64,000 nt of DNA, taken from the human T2T-CHM13v2.0 reference genome, Homo sapiens. Of this stretch, positions 1 to 13,652 are shown in pieces (position 1 is the first letter of the stretch; each line of letters opens with the position of its first letter). The DNA lies in assembly GCF_009914755.1 (NCBI RefSeq), contig NC_060937.1. One strand, given 5' to 3'. The position numbers were made by a program, and so were the translations under genes. Below the pieces are notes generated by a model. The model saw nothing but the letters and a program-made list of their open reading frames with translations, did not search any database and was not told the origin of the DNA.

Positions 1-1709
1 AGAATTTGTACTTGTTCACTTTTGTTTGATCATTCCTGATCATTATAAAAGCCAGTTAAATTATTATTTACGCCATTCATTCACGCACCAATATCTGTAT
101 GAACAACTACCAAATTTAATAACTGGTTGACAAAATATACGTGCACTATAATTACATCATTTTCAGCCATATTATATATTGTCCATATTCATTTTAAAGT
201 TTCTTTTGTTAATCACAGCAATTTAGCTTCATTACCTACTAATAATGCTATTGGGCAACTTAGAAACCTCTGTTTTCCTGAGACTTGGCAGTAAGAAATA
301 TTTACATTCCTAAGGGACTTATAATCTGGCTAGGCAAAATAAGCATATGTAATATACATACATGGTGTATAACAGAGTTTTCTATTTAAAATCGAAATGA
401 AGAATTCAGACAATAGTGATATAAGAGTTCAGAAAAAGGAGCGAATAAAGGGAACAGATGTTCAGGAAAAAGTTTGTGGGATTGAGTTTTGGGAGTTATG
501 TTGGGTATTAAAATACTGATTTGATTTCTCAAAGTGATGCCTTTATTGAAGCAAATGACACACTTATTAATGACATAGGCTTCCATTATCTGATTAAACG
601 CTTGACTTTACTGACCTGTTACTTTACCTTTGAGACTTCATTTCCTACCTGGCTAGCACAATTCTCACCCTGTGAAAAGGAAGGTCAATGCTAATCAGAA
701 CACTTTTCACAAGGTTATATAAAATGCTAGCTAATCCTGAAAACTTCACTTTTTTTGTAGAGGCATGTTTTTCTCTTGCTTTTATTTCTTAAAGAAAGTA
801 GTGGTAGGTATTTTTCTTTTTAAAGCTGGATACAGCAAGTAAAATGCATGACTGCTTATTTTATTTTAGGTTTGGATTAGATGAGAAAAACAGATAGGCA
901 TTTAGAATGCCCTTCTTCACCTTGCAATGAATCTGACTCATAGGCAATTTATAGCAACGCATACAGTTTTAAAAGTTGCTGCAGTAATAGTCAGCAGTCA
1001 AACTGTTATAATTTAAACTGACTAAGATGCCCTCAGAGAACACATTTTACAAGAAACCTAAAATTTATTGAAAAACAATGTGAGTTAGGTTTTCCATTTG
1101 TTGTATTTCCATTCCTGAGGAAATCAGTGGCAATAACGCTTGTTAAGTTGGCATCCTGCTTGATGTTTTCACCATGCAAGTTAAACATTCAGTTTCAAAA
1201 ACCAAAGACAAGGTCAGAATTATACTGCTTTCCCGTCCACCTGACTATAATATAATTCATCTTTCAGAACATTTCCAAGTGTTTCAATATTCCACATCCT
1301 CTATGAAATATACAAGTGTTTTTTTCTCATTCTTACGGAGATTTTCAGATACATCTAACATAAATTCCAAAAGGTATAATAATATTTAAAAATATTATTT
1401 TTCATTAAAGATTTTGTGATTGAATGGTGATAAGTATGGTCAGGTTTATCTGGTAAACAATACAAAATGACAAAGTAATGTAATGAGAAGAGAGCCACTA
1501 GGATTTAAAAAAATAATTCTTTGCTGTGAATTAACAGAGAAATCGTTTTTAAAAAAATACACATTTATTAAAACAATGCTTTTTATTATGATGAGATTTT
1601 TTTTAAAAAGTATGGTTGAAAATGAAGTTTGGAAAAAAATTAAGATTCTTAACTTACAGCATTTTTAATATTTCTGTTTCTATCTTTCTGCCATAACTTG
1701 GTTTATGTA

Positions 1710-1837
1710 TAAGGTGAGCATTCAGCTTGGTTTGTCTGAGACAGTCCCAATTTAAGCCTGAGTCTCAGCATCATTATGGATATTACCCATTTTACTCTAA
1801 ACTGGAGATTTGGATGATAAATTATATAGTCACATTT
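1710..1837 (-). mobile_element. MER94-like hAT-Blackjack non-autonomous DNA transposon
   Basis: About 130 bp with terminal taaggtgagca...tatagtcac and internal gacagtccca / tttggatgataaattatat motifs matching the recalled MER94 consensus. Confidence 0.7.
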
Positions 1838-2039
1838 TTATGGGATATATTTCAAGAAGTACCCATTCTTTCTTTGGCTCGTCACTTTATCAGTCATTCC
1901 TGTAAACATTTTATGGCATGTTTGAGGATTAACACTACCATTGCAAAAGTTTCAACAGAAACAGCATCTATGGAGAATTAAGATTTTTAAGGAAATGCAA
2001 CTTCACACTTACCATCATTTCTCCATAAGAATGTAATTG

Positions 2040-2750
2040 CATTTTACTTTTTATCTTATTATAAAGGTAAGCATGAGCATTTTACAACTCTTGACAAACT
2101 TATTAGGTAATAAAAAACAACCAGAAACTACTGATGATGCTGCCTAGGGGTAAAATTTTGTAAAGCAATTTTTAATATTTTCTTTATTGTATCTATGAAT
2201 AGTCATGTTGTCTTTACATATGTATCCAATTATATATACAATGTCCTGATTTTAGTTTTTTCTCCAAGATTACAACCAAAGCTTTGTATTATTAAGATTA
2301 CTAGAAATCAGTACATCTTAATCCTTTGAGTAAACATACCAATGTTCATTTATTATTTTGTCCTTGGACATTTAATTTGCTTACAAGCTTTAGATATAAT
2401 AAATAATATTGCTATCAATATGTTTGTTTATAAGAATTTTTTTACTTTTTAAAAATTCCACGTTTTTAGGGTTTTCTTATCCTAAATCTCAAGTTATAAT
2501 TTTTGAAAGAAAAAATGCACAGAATTATAGACGATTATGTTAATTTATTAATAAATTTATTGATAAGAGTTGTACTGCTTTATACTAAAATCATTCTTTA
2601 TGAGCTTTCTATGGCTCTGCATTTTTGCAGATATAAGGTATTATTTCTTAATCGTATATTCTAATTTGCTTCAATTTGCTCTTCTTTAATTATTGATTAG
2701 CATAAACATGTCTTCACATACGTTGTCTTGCTTTATCTCTTCTGTGGTTT
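2040..2750 (-). mobile_element. Highly diverged L1ME-type fragment
   Basis: Degenerate L1 3' motifs (tggacatttaatttgc...aaataatattgctatcaata; gttgtactgctttatact); boundaries approximate. Confidence 0.45.
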
Positions 2751-4354
2751 AAAATCCTTTATTAACATGCATTTTACAAAACAATAAGTAAATTATATAG
2801 TATATTACTAAACGAAGCAATGGGTTATGTTTTCAAATCATATGTTCAAATTCTATCATATAAATCAGTTTTTGTGAATGATGAATGTTTATTTTTCAGG
2901 ATGTCAGGTGATTGATAAGTAGCGTGGTGTATTTAGGTGAAATATGGTGAAAAATATCACATTAACAGAAATATATAATATTTAAATTTACTGGTACACC
3001 TTCACATTCTTAATAATAATAATGATGTTAGGAGTTACACTAGTATTGCATCATTCTGTTAATTTAAACAATAGCCCCAAACTTATCTCTGGGCCTTTGG
3101 TATTTTTCAAAATTGTCTAGAGATTCCAAGATACAGCCAGGGTGGAGAATCTATTATACAGGCTAATAGATTTTGCATTTGTTAAATTTGCTTTTTTGTT
3201 GTTATAATTGTGTGACTGACTACCATTTGATATAGTGAGTAAATTACTGATGCAATTGCTATAACTAAATAGAATTGAAAATATAAATAGTGAACAGATT
3301 TTCATGGGGATTATAGATTGAAATCTACTGGCACAAATGAATGAAAGAAGTGATGCTTTTGGACAAGCAGATAATAGGGAAAATTCAAAAACCAAAGGAT
3401 AGCCTGAAACTGGATTTACCAGTGAATCATTTTATTCCTATTTCTGTGTCATATATTATTTAAAAAGATTATCAAACAGTAAAAAATATTTGTAAAATAT
3501 TTTTGCATGACTTTGCAAGGAAAGCACGGTGTCCCAACTATTAAGCCATTTGTTTATTCAGCAAATTGTGTAGACTCTTTTAATTTTTAAATCTGTTTTG
3601 ATACAATTTGTCAGAAAACTAAAGAGATATCATTTGAAGTTGAATAAATTATTATGAAAGCAGAAAATAGCATATTACTACTGAGAAGTTTGTAAAAGCA
3701 GTCATATAATTAATGACAAATGTTATTGCTGGAGAGAAAGTAAATGAGCCTAAGAGCACTATTGGATGTTGCATAATATTACTGGTATAAAATACTTAAG
3801 AGAGTTTCCTATCACACATTCACACTAGTAATGTATTGATTCACAGTTGTCTAAAGTCTTCTATTCACAGTGTAATGAACAAGCCTTTGACATACGTATA
3901 GTTCACACATAGAAATATTCTAAAGATTTATAATTCAATTTTATGCTACACAAAAATGGATTTTTTTGAATTGACAATATTCTGTAAACCACAATGCAGA
4001 TTTTAAAAGATTCATCAAAAGTCAAAATGATGTTTGGAGAAAAAAGGCCAATGCTACTTAAATAAAACAATTTGTGTGTGAAGGTCAATCCAAACATTTT
4101 TTATCCTGGCAACATTGTTGGCATTCAATTCTATGCCTCTTCATCCTGATTTAGCGTTGGAGAAAATAGCGAACATTGAGAATAATATTAAATTACATAT
4201 GCTTTTCTAGTACTCTAAAAGAAAGGAACACACACTATAAAATAGGTATTCTCTCCTCAATTTTATTGTCTGTGTTTCTTAATATGTGTTTTTATAGTGA
4301 AACATAGATATATTTATTTCTACTTATTTATTTTTCTTTTATTTATTTAAGATT

Positions 4355-4735
4355 CAGTCATGGAACCAAACTAAGTGTCCATCAATGGTTCATTGGATAA
4401 AGAAAATATGGTGCATATACACCATAGAATTGAATCAAATCACAATTTTGATTGCAGCAACATGGATAGAGCTGGAGGCCATTATTGTAGGTGTACTAAA
4501 CCAGAAACAGAAAATGAAATATTGCATGTTCTCACTTCTAAGTGAGAGCTGAACAGTGACTTCACATGAACATAAAGATGGAAATAATAGACACTGGGTA
4601 ATCCAAAAGGAGAGAGGGTGAGAAAAGTTGAAAAATTACCTATTGAATACAATGTTCAGTATTTGGTTGATGAGTTCACTAGAAGCCTAATCCTCACCAT
4701 TATGCAACATACACATGCAACAAACATGCACAAAT
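4355..4735 (+). mobile_element. L1 3' fragment (L1PB4/L1PA17-like)
   Basis: ORF2 end/3'UTR motifs: ctaagtgtccatcaatgg, gcagcaacatggatagagctggaggccatt, cataaagatggaaataatagacactggg, aaaaattacctattg. Confidence 0.85.
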
Positions 4736-5270
4736 TTATTTTTAGAAATAATTACCTGGTGAAGTTGGCCACATTACCCAAATATGGTATGTGACTGATG
4801 TTTCCATTGTCCTTATGGGTCTTGTATAATCTTTTGAACTTATTAAGGCTGAAGCTCCAGTTTTGTCCTCACAGGCTCAGTAGTTTGTTTTGGTTAAAAA
4901 ACCCAAGAGACTAGATCCAATTATTAGAGGTACATGAATTAAGTTCTACAGGGCCTAGAACATGAATGAATAAAACTTGAGTTCCACTATATTATTTTTT
5001 CAATGAAAAATATATTTGTATCTGAGGTCAGAAAGTTTGCATCAGTGCAATCATCACTTTCTTTTCTGGTATGTATCCCATGGGTAAGAATCAAAGAAAA
5101 TATACCAAAAGTAAATAAACATCACCTAAAATCTGATCAAGACATGAAACTATTGTTGAAATTATTCTATATAAATTTTAAATGTTATAATATCATGTCT
5201 CAAATTTTGTATTCTTTAATATTTTTCCCATAATATTCATAACAATCTTTGGATATCTTACCTTAGTAAT

Positions 5271-5431
5271 ACAAAAATACAAAAAGTAGCTGATATGATC
5301 CCAGCTACTCAGGAGACTGAGGTAGGAGGATTGCTGGAGCCCGAGAAGTCGAGGCTGAAGTGAGCCAAGATCATGCTACTGCATTTCAGCCTGGGCAACA
5401 AAGCGAGATTCTGTCTCACACAACAAAAAAA
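5271..5431 (+). mobile_element. Alu right-arm fragment (AluJ-like)
   Basis: cccagctactcaggagactgaggtaggaggattgctggagccc...cagcctgggcaacaaagcgaga plus A-rich tail. Confidence 0.85.
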
Positions 5432-5537
5432 GATTTTGAACCTCATTACTATACAAATTTCAATAAATATAAAATACAATTATTTTACAACAAATTTGAC
5501 AAAACATAAATATAACTTGTGTCTAATGGAGTTAGAC

Positions 5538-5614
5538 ATTTTTTTTCTTTTTTTTTGGCCTGCCTCGACATCTTAAAGTGCTGGAATTATAGGCATGAGC
5601 CACCACACCTGGCC
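5538..5614 (-). mobile_element. Short Alu 5' fragment
   Basis: aaagtgctggaattataggcatgagccaccacacctggcc next to a T-run. Confidence 0.75.
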
Positions 5615-5975
5615 TCAAAAATCTTAATATGTTAATTAACCTTCTTATTTTTTATAATAATTATTAATTTTTTAAAAGAATTAGTCATTTTTCTGATTTG
5701 AATTACTAAAATAAATTGTATTATATATATAATCCTTTTATTTAAAAGTGCTAAATTATAAAATAAGAGCATATTATTATTAAATGATTTAAAAATCCAA
5801 AGGAGGAGGAAGGGGAAAAGGAAAAGACAAAGAAGGGGAAGAAGAAGAACAAGAGAACAGTAAGAACAACATAATGAGCGACACAATGCAGTTTCACTCC
5901 CAGACATAACCACTGAAAATATATGTTTATAATTTATCAGTCACACACACACCCTTACATAAAGCAATGGGAACA

Positions 5976-6330
5976 TGATATGGCTTGGCTTTGTGTCCTC
6001 ACCCATATCACATCTCAAATTGTAATCTCCAGGTGTTGAGGGAGGAACCTGGTGAGAGGTGATTGCATATTGGGTGGTCTCCTCCATCCTCATCTCCTGA
6101 TAGTGAGTTCTCACCAGATCTGATGGTTTTATAAGGGGTTCTTCCGTCTTTGCTCTCTCTTTCTCTCTCTTGCCACCTTGTGAAGAGGTGCTTGCTTCCC
6201 ATTCATCTTCCTCCATAATTGTAAGTTTCCTAAGGTGTTCTTAGCCATACGGAATTGACTAAACCTCTTCCCTTTATAAATTTCCCAGTCTTGGGTACGT
6301 TTTATAGCACTGTAAAAACAGACCAATACA
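5976..6330 (+). mobile_element. THE1 (THE1D-like) solo LTR, ERVL-MaLR
   Basis: Starts tgatatggcttggct, ends gaccaataca; internal gtgagttctcaccagatctgatggttttataagggg and tgtaagtttcc motifs; 355 bp. Confidence 0.9.
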
Positions 6331-6334
6331 GCAC

Positions 6335-6490
6335 TTTATTTAAAATTACCAAGTCTGTTTTCTTATAAGCAAGATAGGAACAGAAGTAGTACTTTTTTTG
6401 TAGGTTTTGTGATTATAAAATAACAATTTTTATGCGAATACTTAGCATTCTTCAAGGCTCCTAGTAAGTGTATTATGAAATATTTACTGG
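6335..6490 (+). mobile_element. MIR SINE relic
   Basis: Degenerate core and 3' tail (cttagcattc...ctagtaagtgtattatgaaatattt). Confidence 0.55.
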
Positions 6491-6925
6491 GTTATTGAAG
6501 TGATTGTCCTACTAGGTGACTACTATGTAATTAAAAAAAAATCCCTTCTTGTTAGACATTTCGTTTGCACCCTTTTGAAGTCTGTTTTGTCTGTTTCAAC
6601 CCTTACCCTTCTTTTGAAAAAGAACAAATTTTTGCTTAATTGCTCATATCTAAGTTTTGCTAGTTGTGCTACTTAGTTGTGAGAATTTCGGAAGGAACTA
6701 TGGATTATATCCTCATTGCAATTTGAAGTGTCTGACGACAGAGTCTATAAAAGAAAAGGGAGTAGATGGAGAACATAAATCACAGTGTTAAAAAGAAACA
6801 ACACTGAATATCTAATGGAGGTTTTGGTAAAGTCTAAATTGGTTTTCTAGCATACATAAAGTTATTTAAAATGCCTGAAGCAACTGACATTAGTGAATGC
6901 CATTATACATTATACCATGTGTTAG

Positions 6926-7306
<381 letters not shown>

Positions 7307-8061
7307 TCTTTTTCTTATAAGGGCAAAAGTCCTGTTGAATTAGAGTGCAACCATTAGGACCTCGTTTAATCTTCATTACTTCCTTAAAGGTCCTATCTCC
7401 AAATACAGTCACATTGAGACTCAGGGCTTCAACATGTGGATTGGAGGAGGAGACACAATTCAGTTCATAACTTTCTACCCTCTGGCTATCCAAATTCCAT
7501 GACCTTTTTGAATTCAAAATACATTCCCCCCTTCCCCAAATACTCAAAAGACTTAACTCATTCCAGCATCAACTAACTCCAAGTCCAGAGTCTCCCAAAT
7601 ACCACCTAAGCTAGGTATGGTTGAGACTTAAAGTGTGATTTATCGTGAGGCAATATTCTTCTTCAGCTGTGAACCTATGAAACTAGACAAGCTATGTGCT
7701 TCTAAAAGAAAATAGTAGCACAGGCATAGGATGGACATTCCCATTGAAAAAGAGAGAAATGTTGAAAACAAGGTGGGGGTAACAGGTCTCAATCAAGCCT
7801 AAAACTAAGCAAGGCAAATTTTATTCGACCTTAATGCTTGAGAACAATAGACTGGATGGATGCTCTGGTCTCTGGGCCCACTCCCACTGGGGTGACAGTC
7901 CCATCTATGTCGTTAGCCCTAGGCAGTGCAATAGGCCAACCCTTTGAAACTGAGGAGACAACCTTGGTACCTTGGTGTGTGTGCTCTTTGAGTTCTGGTT
8001 CCTTTTTGGTTAACAATTTTTTCCTCAATTCATCTCTATCCTTTCACATTTTACTTTAAGC

Positions 8062-8171
8062 CAAACTTGTCCAACCCACAGCCCATGGGCCACACACAGC
8101 CCAGAACAGCTTTGCATGTGGCCCAACACAAATTCATAAACCTTCTTAAGACATTATGAGACCTTTTTTGG

Positions 8172-8231
<60 letters not shown>

Positions 8232-8326
8232 CTCATCACCTATTGTTAGTGTCAGCGTATTTTATGTGTAGAGCAACACAATTCTTCCACTGTGGCCCAG
8301 GGAAGCTGAAAGATTGGACACCCCTG
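8062..8326 (-). mobile_element. MER30 hAT-Charlie MITE
   Basis: Termini caaacttgtccaacc ... gattggacacccctg; 8-bp TSD ctttaagc (8054-8061) / ctttaaac (8327-8334). Confidence 0.92.
8175..8229. repeat. Pure poly(T)55 homopolymer inside MER30
   Basis: 55 consecutive T counted directly. Confidence 0.95.
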
Positions 8327-9004
8327 CTTTAAACAGTACTGGGAGCCCAGGCTGTACCATAAACACTTTGCTTAAAAATCACATCTGCTAAATATCCAAG
8401 GTAGGCACTAACAAGTTCTATCGTCCACAAAACACTAGAACACAATTCTGCCAAGTTCTTTGTCATTTAATAACAAAGATTGCCTTCCAGTTTCCAAGAA
8501 CATGTTCTTCATCTTTATTCAAGACCTCCCCAGAATCACTTAGCATCTTTGTTCCTACCAACCATTCCTTCTAGGCAATCTAGGCTATTTCTAACACCTG
8601 CCTCAAAACACTCTGGGCCTCTTCCTATTCCCCAGTGCCAAAGCCACTTCCATATTTTTAGGTGTTTGTTACGCCAACACCTCATACTCTGTACCAAAAT
8701 CTGTATTAGTCTGATAGGGCTGCCCTAACAAAATATGACAGACAGAATGCCTTAAACAATAGAAATTTGTTTTTCACAGTTTTAGAGACTTGAAGACTGA
8801 GATCAAGGTGCCAACAGAGCTGGTTCTGCTGAGGTCTCTTCTTGGTTTGCGGAAGACTGCCTTCTCACTGTGTTCTCACCTGACCTTTCCCCTGTGTAAG
8901 TACCTTCTCGACTCACTTCCTTTTGTTACAAGGACACCAGCCCTGTTGGATTAAGGTGCCATCCCAATGATGTCATTGGGATAGGGCCCTAATTGTCTTT
9001 TTAA

Positions 9005-9341
<337 letters not shown>

Positions 9342-12300
9342 TTAGGACTAAAACATGGTGATTTGAAGGAGACAGCTATCAGTCCATAATATTCAGTAAG
9401 GATTTTGGAGTCATTTTGGTATTTCCCTTGAGATGTCTGGTGATACTGGCCAGAAGGTGGCTGTAGAAAATTTGGGTTACTTTGTGAGACAGAGAAGGAT
9501 GATGCTGTTATCCCCAAATTTGAGCCTACTGTGTAACATGCTTTAGCTACATCCTAAAAAAAATTGTCAAAGATAAATAACTATAAATAATGGTTAACGC
9601 TTCTGTTGTTAGATTTATTATACCAAGAAGTTAATATCATCCTCTGGTTACAGGATAAGCTTGGGAGGGAAATTGCAGAAGCCACTCTGGATTAATGTAT
9701 CTAGACTCTGTATTAGTAAGGAAATTAGACCTCACTAGGACTTCATGAGTAATCTAGATTAAGCATTTTTCAGAAACTTCTCATGAGTTTGCAGGCTAAA
9801 AATAAATATCAAATTCATGGACACCCAACACTTAAGCAATTGGAGTATTTCACTTATGGGAGAAAGAGTGTGTGCAGATCAAAGTGAAATGGTTCAGGAC
9901 TCTTGATCAGTTACATTGTCTAGGGCCAGATTTACCAGTGACTGTGTTGCTACCATAGGAAATAAATTTAAAAAGACTTCAAACTTCTAGTTAAAGACTC
10001 TTGTTCCCATAGATCATAAAAAGCATGTGAAGAGTATTTACCAGGGATAGGAGAAGAGGCTTTGAGACATGTTTATTTTGTGGTCCCGAATCCTGTTCTA
10101 CTAAATTAGTTATATAAGACATACCCACATTAACATTTTCTTTAAATAAAATTACACTGAACCTCCATCATTCTACATTAGCAGAAAATTCATCTTAGTT
10201 ATGACTGGGGCTCCCAAGGTCAGGCAAAGGAAGTTGGGATTCTTAAACACATCAGAGCACTTAGTGAGATCCTTCTGATCTTTGGTCCATAACAATTATT
10301 GGTAATATTTTCATTGATCCTTGAAGGTAGGAGCCTTGCACCTTGGAGTTATGCCTGGTAATAGACATAGAAGCTTAGAGCCTGGTGTCTATGGCCTGGC
10401 ATCCCAAGGTGCACCATTGAGCACTTCATCTCTGAGGTTCTACTAGCAGGCCTTGTCTATCACATTAGCACAATGAAACAAACAAACAGAATTCCTTAAC
10501 TTTTCAAAATCAAATGCTACTAAAGGCATTTGTCATGATGAAGTTTTTTTCTTTGTTCTTTGCAGCACAATCTTCTCAAAATAAGAAAACATAAAATCAG
10601 AGAAATCCTTTCAAAAATAGAACATTTAATGGTTAAGACAAAAAAAATGGGGATAGATAAAGCAAGAAAAAAGTCCAAATTAATATCTGCATTCATTGTT
10701 CTTCTGTAATATGAACATGCTTCTAAAATGCCGTAAGGATGATAGGCTTAAAAGATTGAGAACTGATAAAAGGTAGGTAAATATTTGGATGCTATAACAT
10801 TAGGACTTGTTCATTGAATGACAGCATCAATAACTTATATTTTGATTCTGGAACATTTTGAATCTCTAGAAAATCCACACAGTAAGTTGAATTTTGCCTC
10901 CCATTACAAGTCTAGCACATAAACTCTTTCCCTTCAAAAATCAATGATTTATTTGCATGTATATTCAGTCTGGAGGGCACATTGTGGGAGTCTAAAAAAT
11001 TTGGTGGATTACATTTTTGGTAATTATAATGCAACAAGTCAGCAGAGAAATTATTAGTAGCTTAGAGAGAAAAAATATTAATATTTTTAAAAACTTTATT
11101 GGTTAACTGAATGGTTAAGCGAATTTTATAGATCACACAAGGTTCTCTTAGTCTAACTCAGTTTGAATTCCCATTAGGCAGTTTGCTGTATACAAGATAA
11201 AGAAATAAACTTGATCTACCAAGTTTTTTGGTGAGTAAGTTTATAGCACTGCTTCACACAACAGTACTGCTTCATAAATTCCTATATACACACTAGAAAT
11301 TGGTGCAAAGGGCACTGAACAATTAGCATTTGTTTTCTCTAGGACTTCTGCAAATTTTCTAACACTGAAGTTTCCCAGGGGAGAGAAGTTGGAGAATAAT
11401 CAGAACAAGTCTGATGACACTGTGTTCAGAGGAATTACAAAAATAAAATAAAAAATAGGTTTAGCTCAATTACAAAATAAGATAAAATAATATAAAATAA
11501 AATTATTACATTGTTGGTTTGAGAGGGAACTAGGTCTGAAAAGTCAACATTGTAGTGCTCTTTTTGGATGTATGCCAGTGCTGTTATATTAAGAGAATGT
11601 TACAGTAAAAGACAGATTTTAAATATTTGAGATCCATTTCTTCCCTCAACTTCTAAAGAGGAAAAACCATTTTCCTGTTTGACCACTAACCTAAGTAAAA
11701 CACCCTTTAGTAAACAGGCCAGTGATGGAACAGACCATATATCAATATGAGAAGGGATGAAGGATTCAAAGGGGCGAAAAAGGATAAATTGTAAAATTGG
11801 AATGCATAGAGGAAGAGAGAGGAAAAGGAAGCTGAGTGAGTAAACAATTGTTAGCAAAAGTGGAACATATGAGGAAGAGAACATTAAAGACTTTCTTTTT
11901 TTTAAGGTGATGGTTCATTGTTCATCTCCTGTCAGAAACCTACATTAAACTACTTCATTACTTTTCAGAGGTTTAACATTAAATTTATGCTTCTTTAAAT
12001 GTCATGTAATGCGAAACTGGCCTTGAGATGGCTTCTGTATGTTTGGATTACAAGTGCATAAAATGAACTATGGATGAGCGGTTGCCAGGCAGAAGAGAGA
12101 ATGAGAATAAAGTAGCTAAGAGGTGGCAGCAAGCATGAAGAGTGGCTGAGTCATTGTTTGTAAGTGGCGAGTTATCCTCTGCGGTAGAGCTTGCTCTGTT
12201 TTGATTAGCTGTAGGTGTGGAAGCCTGTGTCACTCTTCTCTCATCCATGGCTCTAGGTTCTATAGCTCTTTATGAATTTTTAAAGCCACAATGTTTGATT

Positions 12301-13337
12301 GTTTCACTTTTCTATATTTGAATGTGTTTCTTAATAATATATCCCTTCCTAAATTGTTCTATATTTCAGGAAAACCCTAAAGTTTCTTACATAAAAGATA
12401 GTAAGTTCACTTTTCATTGAAGAAGAATTTTTGCTTTTTCAGTCATTCTAGGATATAATATTTCATGGAATGTAATGGTGTAATATATAAGATCTAAAAT
12501 TGTAGAATATATTACAGAAGGTTTGGTCAAAATTAACCTTTAGTATTATGGATGTTAATTTCTTCTATTAATTCTGTTTATTTTGCTGAATTGTAATGTT
12601 TCTCTGAGGAAAGCATTAGCTAGGCTGTTATGAAATACACTATGCTACTCACCTGTAGGATATTCACACTAGGTGGGACTCTAGAGATAAACTAGACAGT
12701 GGGGACATCTATCCTCATTTGCAAAGAAAGAGCAAATTCTGAATGGCCAGATCAAAATTTATTTTTCTTGTAAGAAAAAATATAAAATTTCTACTTGATC
12801 TAAATTTTAGTTTCAGCACTCAATTAAAATGGCAGTTTTCTTTAAAGTAAAGCTAATATTTAATTTTCAAGTCATTTGTTCTTAGGACTAATGTTTTGTT
12901 TGCAAATAATTAAAGTGTAATTGAAATATGCAATACAACTGCAATGTTTTAGATAAGAACTGACATTTAATATCCAGTATTTTTTAAATATTAATTTATG
13001 AGTGAAAGAAAATGTTGAAATAACTTATATATGTCTATTCGGCTAACAAGCAATGCCCTATTAATGAGTGGTTAGACTTCCCTGGGCCAGTCTCAAATTA
13101 ATTGATTACCAATTAAAATAAATATTAGAGCTAATATCAGACAGTGAAGTTCAAAAAGTGCTTCAGAAAACTTATGATATATCCATTTTTTCTCCATGTT
13201 TATTAGTAGAATTCTGCTCTCTGTTCCTATGACTTCATCCCTTTATTTCTGTTATATTGTCCCCAGTAGATTCATTTATAGCTGAGTATTTCCCCAACCC
13301 TCCAATTGTGCTCCCATGAAAACACCAACATTTCTTT

Positions 13338-13652
<315 letters not shown>

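Noticed and set aside
12370-12400. Possible plus-strand 31-nt micro-exon (tttcag|gaaaacc...gata|gtaagt)
   Set aside because: Splice-like pairs are frequent by chance in AT-rich DNA; length is not a multiple of 3 and there is no other support.
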